From NCBI GenBank assembly GCA_037381445.1, contig JARRQT010000017.1:1-23336 (forward strand): DNA of 23,336 nucleotides. Direction: 5' to 3'. The notes under the pieces are model-generated. The model saw only the letters and a program-made list of their open reading frames with translations, was not told where the DNA came from and ran no database searches. Position 1 is the stretch's first letter. Each line of letters opens with the position of its first letter. The position numbers were made by a program, and so were the translations under genes. Of the stretch, positions 1 through 8,444 are shown in pieces. This DNA is from Calditrichia bacterium. GTDB taxonomy: Bacteria > Calditrichota > Calditrichia > RBG-13-44-9.

Positions 1-73
1 TAGATCTCTGAAGAATTGGATTCAGAGGAGATAAGGTTGGTCAACTGCGGCGGATAACCCGGCGCCTTCAAAC

Positions 74-1816
74 TCATTTTCCGTTGGGATTGAAGTGATT
101 AGTAATCGGAAAGCGCCGGTCCTTCCCGAATGCCCGGTGGGTGATCTTGATCCCGGGTGCCGCCTGCCGCCGTTTATATTCGTTTCCGTCCACCATGCTT
201 ATGACCTTTTTGACAGTCTGCGGTTCAAAACCCATACTGATTATCTCGTCCGCCGAGTGGTCCAGCTCCACATATGCCCTCAGGATGGCATCCAGGATAT
301 CATAAGGCGGGAGAGAATCGGTATCTTTCTGATCTGGCTTCAATTCAGCGGAGGGGGCCTTTTTCAGAATATTGGCGGGAATCAAATCGGTTCCTGCCAG
401 TTGATTGCGAAAGCGGGCGAGTTCATAGACCATGGTCTTGGGGACATCCTTAATTACCGAAAAACCGCCAACCATATCTCCGTAGAGCGTGCAATAACCA
501 ACGCTTACTTCGCTCTTGTTCCCGGTGGCGAGAACCAGCCAGGCGAATTTGTTGGAAAGGGCCATCAGCAGATTTCCCCGCAGCCGCGCCTGGATATTCT
601 CCTCCGTGCTGTCTTCCGGCAAATCCTTGAAAATGGGTTTCAGCTCCGCCGAGAAATCCTGGAAAAGTTTCTTAATGGGGATTTCGTGAAATGTAATTCC
701 CAGATTTTCAGCCAGCTTCTGGGCATCGGTTTTACTGTGGCTGGTGGTGTAATGGCTCGGCATGGAAACACCCACCACATTATTCCGCCCCAGCGCATCT
801 ACGGCAATGGCGGAAACCAGCGCCGAATCAATTCCTCCGGAGACCCCGATAACCACTTTTTTGAAACGATTTTTCTGAACGTAATCCCGTAAGCCAATCT
901 CCAGCGCCTTATAAACCTCTGCCGTCATATCCATAAAATCCGTCACCGCGCTGTCTTTGAATTTTGAGGCATCGCGCGGGGAATGGGGCTCCATTTCAAT
1001 TATCTCAACCCTTTTTTCGGGAGGCATGAATAATTTTTCCTTGCGGCGGCGCGGGTCATGGAGCCGCTTATTGAATACATTGTCAGGATGCAGCTCAATG
1101 GTCATCATGGTTTCCTCAAAGGACGCGGCCTTGGCCAGCAGTTTGCCTTCTTCAGACAAAACCATGCTGTTGCCGTCAAAGACCAGTTCATCCTGCCCAC
1201 CCACCGTATTCACATATGCCACAATTGCGTCATTATCTTCGGCCCTGACCGATAACATGCGGAAGCGGTCCTGGGCTTTTCCGGCGTGGTAGGGTGAGGA
1301 GGATATATTAATCACCACTTCCGCATCACCGTAGAGCGCCTGATCCCGGGTCGGGCCGCCGGGGTACCAGATGTCTTCGCAAATATTGACCCCGATCCGG
1401 ACATCATTCAGCAGATACACCTGCGTTTTCTGGCCGGCCTGGAAGTAGCGGTCTTCATCGAACACACCATAGTTAGGAAGGAAATTTTTGTGATATATCC
1501 CCGCCACCTTCTTCTTGTGGAGAATGGCGGCCGCATTATAGATATCATCCTGCCGGTCCACAAACCCGACGATAACTGTGATGTCATTGGTGTGATTCAA
1601 TAATTTATGAAGATACGTGAGATTTTCCTCGATAAAGCCGGGTTTCAGTAAGAGGTCTTCAGGGGGATAGCCGGTCAGGGCGAGTTCCGGAAACGCAATG
1701 GCATCGGCTCCATTCGCCCTTGCCTCGTCGATATATTTCGTTATCTTTGCATAATTCGCTTCAAAATCGCCCACAATATTATTTATTTGGGCTAGCGCCA
1801 GACGAAAAATTCTCAT
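74..1816 (-). CDS. nadE: Glutamine-dependent NAD+ synthetase
   Basis: 580 aa. N-terminal nitrilase-fold glutaminase triad (FPEL, YHKNFLPNYGVFDE, ICEDIW) and C-terminal synthetase motifs SGGIDS, ENIQARLRG, TGNKSE, PSAELKPDQKD and EYKRRQAAPG. Confidence 0.97.
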   Translation of the reverse strand: MRIFRLALAQINNIVGDFEANYAKITKYIDEARANGADAIAFPELALTGYPPEDLLLKPGFIEENLTYLHKLLNHTNDITVIVGFVDRQDDIYNAAAILHKKKVAGIYHKNFLPNYGVFDEDRYFQAGQKTQVYLLNDVRIGVNICEDIWYPGGPTRDQALYGDAEVVINISSSPYHAGKAQDRFRMLSVRAEDNDAIVAYVNTVGGQDELVFDGNSMVLSEEGKLLAKAASFEETMMTIELHPDNVFNKRLHDPRRRKEKLFMPPEKRVEIIEMEPHSPRDASKFKDSAVTDFMDMTAEVYKALEIGLRDYVQKNRFKKVVIGVSGGIDSALVSAIAVDALGRNNVVGVSMPSHYTTSHSKTDAQKLAENLGITFHEIPIKKLFQDFSAELKPIFKDLPEDSTEENIQARLRGNLLMALSNKFAWLVLATGNKSEVSVGYCTLYGDMVGGFSVIKDVPKTMVYELARFRNQLAGTDLIPANILKKAPSAELKPDQKDTDSLPPYDILDAILRAYVELDHSADEIISMGFEPQTVKKVISMVDGNEYKRRQAAPGIKITHRAFGKDRRFPITNHFNPNGK

Positions 1817-1849
1817 TTTAACCCAATCTCCATCATTTTAATGAGTAAT

Positions 1850-1878
1850 AAATTAAAGATAATCCGCAAAAAGGGCAA
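1850..1878 (-). promoter_or_regulatory. Possible sigma70-type promoter for nadE
   Basis: Minus strand reads TTGCCC-N17-TAATTT, 34 bp upstream of the ATG. The match to consensus is weak. Confidence 0.3.
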
Positions 1879-2166
1879 GAATTTAATTCCGGGGCAATCA
1901 GGCCAATCGCTGGATATTCTCCGCCGCCCTTTGCTTATTCCAGTTTCATATTGTTAGAAATTTAATCTGTCCCAATCCCCCCTTTCCCGGTATTACCGAA
2001 AACAAATTAAGCCTGCCAACGGACAATTTCAGGATTTGTAAAATAAAGCCGCTGCCCGGCGATAATTTTCCTTTTATATTCTATGTTGTCAACAATTTCT
2101 TACTTTTTGGTTGAATTAAGTAAAGAATTTCCTAAATTTCGACCTGACTGAACCGGAGGTGAATCA

Positions 2167-2643
2167 ATGAAATTAATTGATGTTATAAAACCGGAATACA
2201 TAAAAATTCCTCTGCGGGGGAAAACCAGAGAAGAGGTTGTAAAAGAATTAATCGAAATTTTGTCTGACAAAGATATTTTCGACGATCCGGAGGCGGTTTT
2301 TTCTGCCGTCATGGACCGCGAAAAAATAATGACGACCGGCGTGGGAAGAGGCGTTGCCATTCCCCACTGCAAAAAGGAAGAATGTGCAAAGTTCGCCATC
2401 GCGCTGGGCATTCATCCCGACGGGGCGGATTTCCATTCCATCGATAATTCACCGGCCAGGATCATTTTTTTGCTGGTTGGACCCGAAACAAATCCCGGCA
2501 TGCATATCCGGCTGCTCAGCCGCATCTCCCGCATAATATCGAAAGATACCCTGCGGGACAGCCTGTTATCCAGCGTGCAGCCGGAAGAAGCCTACAATTT
2601 ACTGAAAGCGGAAGAAGAGAAATACTTTGAGATTCCTTCATGA
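2167..2643 (+). CDS. Stand-alone PTS EIIA domain protein (fructose/nitrogen-type, PtsN-like)
   Basis: 158 aa with DREKIMTTGVGRGVAIPHC (phosphorylatable His) and HIRLLSRISR. SD GGAGGTGA lies upstream. Confidence 0.93.
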   Translation: MKLIDVIKPEYIKIPLRGKTREEVVKELIEILSDKDIFDDPEAVFSAVMDREKIMTTGVGRGVAIPHCKKEECAKFAIALGIHPDGADFHSIDNSPARIIFLLVGPETNPGMHIRLLSRISRIISKDTLRDSLLSSVQPEEAYNLLKAEEEKYFEIPS

Positions 2644-2975
2644 AACTGCTTGTTTTTATCTTAAATAAAGAGGAGAATTTAGAAGAAGTACTGGAGGCTT
2701 TCCTGGAATTGAACATTCAGGGGGCAACAATTCTGGACAGCGTGGGAATGGGTTCCATCCTCGCGCAGGATATTCCCATTTTTGCCGGTTTCCGGTCACT
2801 GCTGCAGGGAAGCCGTCCCGCCAATAAAACTATCCTTACGGTCGTACCGGACGATCTGGTTGAGCCGGCGGTTAAAGCCCTCGAACAGATTGTGGGATCC
2901 CTGGATGAGGCCGGGAATGGTCTGGCATTTACCCTTGAGATTGATAAAATTTTCGGGCTGACGAAAACCTTTTAG
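2640..2975 (+). CDS. PII-like (GlnB-fold) signalling protein
   Basis: 111 aa with MKLLVFILN, GATILDSVGMG and a GNGLAFTLEI B-loop-like segment. It lacks the canonical uridylylated T-loop Tyr and overlaps the EIIA gene by ATGA. Confidence 0.8.
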   Translation: MKLLVFILNKEENLEEVLEAFLELNIQGATILDSVGMGSILAQDIPIFAGFRSLLQGSRPANKTILTVVPDDLVEPAVKALEQIVGSLDEAGNGLAFTLEIDKIFGLTKTF

Positions 2976-3059
2976 CAGTCCCGGATTTGCCGGATTAAAA
3001 ACCGCTGAAACAAATAGAAATGTTCTGAGTATCGCAGTATTTGAAAAAAGGAAATTACC

Positions 3060-3226
3060 ATGATTAAGATAAAAATATCCCGTATTCCATTTCGCAGGAC
3101 GGAATTGCGACAGCATATTTACTTTCCGGAACAAATATTACCGGTAATGAAGCCTTCATCTTCGTGCCGGAAGAGTTTGAACAGGCAACCCTGGAAATCG
3201 TCGAACAAATAATTGACAACAAGTAG
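3060..3226 (+). pseudogene. Frameshifted or 5'-truncated DUF2007-like (putative signal transducing, GlnB-like fold) gene
   Basis: Frame 3068-3226 reads DKNIPYSISQDGIATAYLLSGTNITGNEAFIFVPEEFEQATLEIVEQIIDNK*, resembling the DUF2007 pattern 'xxIP...(I)xVPEE..e.A.eii'. It is preceded by an in-frame TAA. An ATG at 3060 with SD AAAGGA is one base out of frame. Confidence 0.5.
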
Positions 3227-3244
3227 GAAGAGGGGTTCGGCGAT

Positions 3245-5017
3245 TTGAAATTCAGACATCTTCGGAAAAATGCCCAAATTCGAATTCTGAAATTCTTACA
3301 ACGGATCGACCTTCCCGAAGATTTTTACATGCTCTTCCTGGCAGCCCTTATCGGTATTTTCGCTGGATTGGGCGCTTATGTATTAAACCTTTTGGTCAAT
3401 TTCGTTCATTTCCTGCTGTTTAACAAACTGTATAATCTCACCCAGATCAACTGGATTTCCTATCTCCTGCTGGCGCTCTTCCCGGCGCTTGGCGGTATAA
3501 TTGTAGGATTGATCATCCATTTCTTCTCCCGGGAATCGAAGGGGCATGGCGTGCCTTCCGTCATTGAAGCCATCGCCAACAGCGGCGGTTACATACGCCC
3601 CAGGGTCACGCTGGTGACCTCCCTCACTGCCGGCACAACAATCGGTTCGGGCGGTTCGGCCGGTAAGGAAGGCCCTATCGTACAGATCGGTGCCGCGCTC
3701 GGATCAACCATCGGGCAGATGTTCAACGTCTCCTCGGAGCGGCTGAAAGTACTGGTTGGCGCCGGGGCCGGGGCTGGTCTGGCGGCCGTATTTAATGCGC
3801 CGGTGACAGGTGTATTATTCGCCCTGGAGGTACTGCTGGCCGATTTCAGCATCAACGCGTTTACTCCCATTATTTTTGCCACCGTCATCGCCACCACCAT
3901 CTCCCATTACCTGATCGGCAGCAGCCCGGTGCTGAAAGTCCCCATCTATTACCTGGAAAGCTTTTACGAATATCCGCTTTATGTGCTTATGGGAATTGTG
4001 GGCGGTGTGGTGGCCGTATTCTTCACCAAAATTTTGTACGCCACCGAGGACTTCTTCAGCAAATACAAAAACCTTCCGGAATACCTGAAACCGGCTTTGG
4101 GCGGTCTATTAATGGGAATCATTGCCCTGAAATTTCCAGAAATCTACGGCTTTGATGATCGTGCCATTCACGATGCGCTCCTTCAGAATTCCGCGCTCTG
4201 GATACTCTTTCTTCTCATGATATTTAAAATAATTGCTACCTCTCTCTCTCTGGGAAGCGGCGGTTCCGGCGGCTTGTTTACACCCTCTCTCTTTATCGGC
4301 GCTGCATTCGGGGCCTTCTTCGGAACGCTCATGAATATTCTTTTCCCCAACATTACAGCCTCGCCCGGTGCTTATGCGCTGGTGGGTATGGGGATTATGA
4401 TTGCCGGCACAACCCATGCCACCATCTCGGCCCTCATGCTTATTTTTGAAGTGACCAGTAACTACCAGATTATTCTGCCGCTGATGCTGGGTACCATCAT
4501 TGCAACCATTACCTCCCGAATAATCATGCGGGAAAACATCTACACCATGAAGATCGCCCTGAGCGGTGAATATGTCTTCAAAGGTCGCAATATGACGCTC
4601 CTGCAGAGCATTTCCATCCGGCAGCATATCAGCAAAAAGTTCGAAAGAGTACCGGAAAATATGCCATTTTCCAAAATCCTAAGGCTGATGAGAACCAGTG
4701 ATCATTCCACCTTCCCGGTGGTGGATAAAAGGGACCGGATGGTGGGACTGGTTTCACTGCGGGATATCCGATCCTATATGTTTGACGAAGAGCTCTATCC
4801 GCTTCTCATCGCCAAAGACCTGGCCCAGGAAGAGTTTATCACGGTTCACCCGGATCAGTCCCTGGCTGATGTGCTGAGACTTTTTGACCTTACCGATGCC
4901 GAACTGCTGCCCGTGACGGAGCGCCGCGACGACCGGACGTTAATCGGTGTTATCTACCATGATGAGCTGATGCGCTGGTACCGGAAGACACCGTTGTTAG
5001 CACCTGAAGGTGAATAA
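3245..5017 (+). CDS. ClC-family chloride channel / Cl-/H+ antiporter with C-terminal CBS pair
   Basis: 590 aa with a TTG start. Signature motifs GHGVP, GKEGP, GLAAVFNAPVTGVLFALE, GGLFTP and IYT, followed by two CBS repeats (FPVVD..., LPVTE...). Confidence 0.95.
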   Translation: MKFRHLRKNAQIRILKFLQRIDLPEDFYMLFLAALIGIFAGLGAYVLNLLVNFVHFLLFNKLYNLTQINWISYLLLALFPALGGIIVGLIIHFFSRESKGHGVPSVIEAIANSGGYIRPRVTLVTSLTAGTTIGSGGSAGKEGPIVQIGAALGSTIGQMFNVSSERLKVLVGAGAGAGLAAVFNAPVTGVLFALEVLLADFSINAFTPIIFATVIATTISHYLIGSSPVLKVPIYYLESFYEYPLYVLMGIVGGVVAVFFTKILYATEDFFSKYKNLPEYLKPALGGLLMGIIALKFPEIYGFDDRAIHDALLQNSALWILFLLMIFKIIATSLSLGSGGSGGLFTPSLFIGAAFGAFFGTLMNILFPNITASPGAYALVGMGIMIAGTTHATISALMLIFEVTSNYQIILPLMLGTIIATITSRIIMRENIYTMKIALSGEYVFKGRNMTLLQSISIRQHISKKFERVPENMPFSKILRLMRTSDHSTFPVVDKRDRMVGLVSLRDIRSYMFDEELYPLLIAKDLAQEEFITVHPDQSLADVLRLFDLTDAELLPVTERRDDRTLIGVIYHDELMRWYRKTPLLAPEGE

Positions 5018-5018
5018 C

Positions 5019-5822
5019 ATGCCATGGTCATGGAAGCAATACCAGAAATTGAGACTGAAAAAATACCGTGAAGAGTGGCGGCTTTTTGCAGTTGAGGGCA
5101 CCCGCCTGTGCCGTGAGGCTCTGGCGTCAGGTTGGAAGATAGAAGCCGTTTTTTTGAATGAATCCTTCTTGCAGCACCTGGATTCTTCAGAATTTGAGAA
5201 AATTCTTCATCGATCCAATTTGAAGCATGAGGTATTGGGTGATACGAATTTCCGCAAACTGGCGGATACGGAGCACCCCCAGGGGGTCCTGTTCATTGTC
5301 AGAATGCCGGAAACCTCCCTTCCCCCCGCTCCTTCCGTCGGCAAAATAAATTTTGTATTGATCCTCGACGGAATCCGCGACCCGGGGAACATGGGAACAA
5401 TTTTGCGCAGTGCGGACTGGTTCGGCGTAGAGGTCATTTATGCCTCTACGGATTCGGTCGATTTTTATAACCCAAAGGTGATCCGTGCTTCCATGGGATC
5501 TTTCTTTCATGTGCCATTCATTGAGACGGATTCTCTGCCACAGATTATCCGGGAACTAAAAAAGAGTGATTTTCATATCATCGGGACTTCGCTCCAATCC
5601 AAACGATCAATGGAAAACCTGTCGCATCGAGACCCTCCCTTCGCATTGATTTTGGGCGGAGAAGCGCAGGGGATGTCCCCTGCCCTGATGGCCCTGGCCG
5701 ACAGTATGGTGAAGATCGATAAATTTGGAAAAGCCGAATCACTAAACGTTGCTGTGGCCGGCGGCGTGCTGATGAACTTCCTCGCACAAAATTTTTATAA
5801 AAAAATGAAAAAATCGAAATAG
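5019..5822 (+). CDS. TrmH/SpoU-family RNA 2'-O-methyltransferase
   Basis: SPOUT motifs LDGIRDPGNMGTILRSADWFG, ILGGEAQG and ESLNVAVA. ATG at 5019 (SD GAAGGTGA) is preferred over GTG at 5010. Confidence 0.95.
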   Translation: MPWSWKQYQKLRLKKYREEWRLFAVEGTRLCREALASGWKIEAVFLNESFLQHLDSSEFEKILHRSNLKHEVLGDTNFRKLADTEHPQGVLFIVRMPETSLPPAPSVGKINFVLILDGIRDPGNMGTILRSADWFGVEVIYASTDSVDFYNPKVIRASMGSFFHVPFIETDSLPQIIRELKKSDFHIIGTSLQSKRSMENLSHRDPPFALILGGEAQGMSPALMALADSMVKIDKFGKAESLNVAVAGGVLMNFLAQNFYKKMKKSK

Positions 5823-5957
5823 GCATGTTATCAGTTTTTAAACCATTTTGCGAAGGAAGAAGCTGTGCTTATAATTAAACTTGTTTTTTTGTCGATGAAC
5901 ATAGACAAGTATTGCTGAGAATTTGTATCTGTGGATATTTAGAATCAGGAGTTTTTC

Positions 5958-6803
5958 ATGGATTTAAAACCGGACTTCCCCCGTCCGTTGCAGGCTTTTT
6001 TGATCATCATCGCCAGTTTCATTTTCGTATTTATGGCAACGCAGGTCCTGGTTTTCATCTTCGTGCCGGATGTAGAAAACCTGAATCAGAGCTCGATGGC
6101 AATGAAAATGCTGATGTCCTTCGGTGAGGTCGGGTTAATTATCATACCGGTGATTTATATCAGAAATCGCAACCTTTCTGTGCGAAAGGCATTCCGGTGG
6201 AACTCCATTCCCCTGCCTATATTTTTCTGGAGCATTATCATTGGTTTAAGCATTACCATACTGGGTGATGAATTGGACCGTCTGGTGAATATGATATTTC
6301 CGGCCCCGGAGCTCCTTGGCCAGATCTCGGAAGTTTTCCGGATTACTTCTGTTCCTGATTTTTTTCTGCTCGTCTTTGGAGTCGTCATCGCTGCCGCTTT
6401 CGTGGAAGAATCCATTATTCGCGGATTCCTGCAAAAATCATTGGAGAAGTATCAGGACGTTACCCATGCAGTGATTTATGCCAGTCTGGCGTGGACCATT
6501 ATTCATGGCATGATTTTCTGGGCAATCCAAATATTCCTGCTGGGAATTGTACTGGGTTTGCTTGCCTGGCGTTCCGACAGCATTTTTCCTTCCGTTATCG
6601 GACATGGAATCAACAATGCTGCAGCCCTGTTTTTCTATAACATAAACCAGGATAAACTCGATAAGATTTATTTGTGGGGCGATCACGTATCGCCGGTATT
6701 TCTGATTCTGGCTGCGGCAGGATTGATATATGGTGTGAAAGCATTCTACAGGTACTATCCAATTCTGTCGGAGCCGGTAGCTGATTATGATTCTAGCAGC
6801 TGA
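5958..6803 (+). CDS. CPBP (CAAX/Abi) family intramembrane metalloprotease
   Basis: 281 aa polytopic protein with EExxxR (VEESIIRG), IIHG and GHGINN motifs. SD AGGAG. Confidence 0.92.
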   Translation: MDLKPDFPRPLQAFLIIIASFIFVFMATQVLVFIFVPDVENLNQSSMAMKMLMSFGEVGLIIIPVIYIRNRNLSVRKAFRWNSIPLPIFFWSIIIGLSITILGDELDRLVNMIFPAPELLGQISEVFRITSVPDFFLLVFGVVIAAAFVEESIIRGFLQKSLEKYQDVTHAVIYASLAWTIIHGMIFWAIQIFLLGIVLGLLAWRSDSIFPSVIGHGINNAAALFFYNINQDKLDKIYLWGDHVSPVFLILAAAGLIYGVKAFYRYYPILSEPVADYDSSS

Positions 6804-7453
6804 TTTGAATCCACGGCTGTAAATTGGTCAAGAGTATCCATCAAATTCTGCTCAGCGGAGAGAATATCGGTTGCACGGCTGTTTTTTAATACATCGCAAA
6901 TAGCCTGCGGCGTAACATTTTCCAGTTCAGCCACTTCTCGGTAAGTTCCTAATTCCTGATAGCTCCAGTACAGTTTGTAGTGCCTTTCATTCCAGCGGGA
7001 TTTTATGGCCGTCATGAGGGAAAATACGGTGTTCACCAATTGGTCCATCGGCTCCATCTCCGAAATCAGCCACACCTCCGATTTCCTATTTTTTGCTACA
7101 TTTAAAGCACGGTTGGCACGATGGAAGGCAGGGCCATCCATTTCAATGGGCAAAACTCCGCCCATTCGATATATATTTCCAATACCGATTCCGTAGCGAA
7201 CCTGAATGGGAAAAACCATCTTCTGCAACGTCTGGATAATTTCAAATGCATGGGCAGGCAAATCAATCAATCCCTGGAATTCATCTCCCTTGGTAATTGT
7301 CATGGGAGCTTCTATATAGGAACGAAACTGCTCGTTGATCTGAACCACCGCCGATTTCACGAACAACTGCGTTTGATAGCGGTCCATACCGCTCAGACGT
7401 TTTGATCCGCTGATATCACCGATTAAAACCGTATAAATCTCTTTGCTATCCAT
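6785..7453 (-). CDS. SatD family protein (cyclase-like palm domain plus C-terminal HTH)
   Basis: 222 aa with IGDISGS, TKGDEFQG, RYGIGIG, DGPAFHRA and an HTH TYREVAELENVTPQAICDVLK. SD GGAGG. Convergent 19-bp overlap with the CPBP gene. Confidence 0.88.
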   Translation of the reverse strand: MDSKEIYTVLIGDISGSKRLSGMDRYQTQLFVKSAVVQINEQFRSYIEAPMTITKGDEFQGLIDLPAHAFEIIQTLQKMVFPIQVRYGIGIGNIYRMGGVLPIEMDGPAFHRANRALNVAKNRKSEVWLISEMEPMDQLVNTVFSLMTAIKSRWNERHYKLYWSYQELGTYREVAELENVTPQAICDVLKNSRATDILSAEQNLMDTLDQFTAVDSNQLLES

Positions 7454-7883
7454 AAACCTCCGTTTCCTTTCAACTGTCGGGTTTACTCAAAAATCGTTTT
7501 TCAATCGTACTTCCTGAAACACTATTTCGGCTCTTCCGAAATGTAGAGATATAAAATCAATCCCATGTCACTCAGTCAAATATTTTTTCCCTAGTTATCC
7601 GAACTAAATCTGCTGCATATCAAAACGGACATCAGATGTCAATGTGGTTTTCTTTTTCGCCCACGCTTTTCCGATTTTTTTGTGTGCCTTGGAAGTTCCG
7701 ATGGTTTCGCAATCTTGTGCTGCCGGGGAACCACATTCTTTTTCTGACGATTTGAGATGCTTTTCATTTTCCTGTCCCATAGAGATTCGATGGAATCGGT
7801 TTTATATCATCGGCGAAAAGTAACGAAACATTAGAGCGCATTGCATATATCTTGACAATACCATCGCCATTATTAATAAATAT

Positions 7884-8444
7884 TCAAACATTCCATTTAA
7901 TTTGATATATGCATGATTCCCCGTCTTCAGCTTCGCACTCCAGTTCCTCCAGTTCAACATTTTTACCGCCGCAGATCTCAACACCGGTTTTTAGAAATTC
8001 CTGCATGAACCAGCAATAAGTTTTATGAATATCTTCGTCATAATCGAATTGTACCGTTGCATGATGATTGTTGGACTTTTTGTAGGTATAAATTCCGAAA
8101 TTCCACAGATGGGGATATAATTTTTCCACCTGGGCAAGAAACTTCTGAGGGTCCTTCGATTCAATATAATTATAGAAATAGCGGTCAACCATGGAATACG
8201 CATAGCGCTTGCCGATATCGCGGAAGATGGTTTCCAGCGGTTGATTAATTGACTCACCAATGGTCACGTCCAGATCCTGTAACAGATGAAACGGATATAA
8301 GTTGGTCAGAAAAACCTGCTCGCCAACCGCCTGTCGGGCCGACTCGGAGAGCTTTTGCAGAATGTGATTATAGGCTTTCGAATCCAGGGTCTTTTCCATG
8401 TAATCCAGGCGCGATTGTATGACAAGTCCGCGAATATCACTCAT
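7884..8444 (-). CDS. V4R/H-NOX-fold-like small-ligand-binding protein (DUF2378-like)
   Basis: 186 aa. N-terminal IRG...LYP...IGK pattern and a C-terminal V4R-type C..G..C arrangement (YCWFMQEF...ELECEAEDGESCIYQIKW). 8-bp overlap with the upstream AlaX gene. Confidence 0.65.
   Translation of the reverse strand: MSDIRGLVIQSRLDYMEKTLDSKAYNHILQKLSESARQAVGEQVFLTNLYPFHLLQDLDVTIGESINQPLETIFRDIGKRYAYSMVDRYFYNYIESKDPQKFLAQVEKLYPHLWNFGIYTYKKSNNHHATVQFDYDEDIHKTYCWFMQEFLKTGVEICGGKNVELEELECEAEDGESCIYQIKWNV

Noticed and set aside
6..27. Hairpin CTCTGAA-N8-TTCAGAG downstream of nadE as a terminator
   Set aside because: No U-tract is visible and the context is cut by the window edge.
95..892. 265-aa antisense ORF in nadE, and likewise 15599-16459 opposite the radical SAM gene
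   Set aside because: These are shadow ORFs wholly overlapping well-supported genes.
1817..2166. NAD-related riboswitch upstream of nadE
   Set aside because: I could not recognise any conserved aptamer. The region looks like ordinary divergent promoter DNA.
3060..3212. 50-aa ORF MIKIKISRIPFRR... read in the frame of the ATG at 3060
   Set aside because: It has no recognisable features. The overlapping -1 frame is far more protein-like and is reported as the DUF2007-like remnant.
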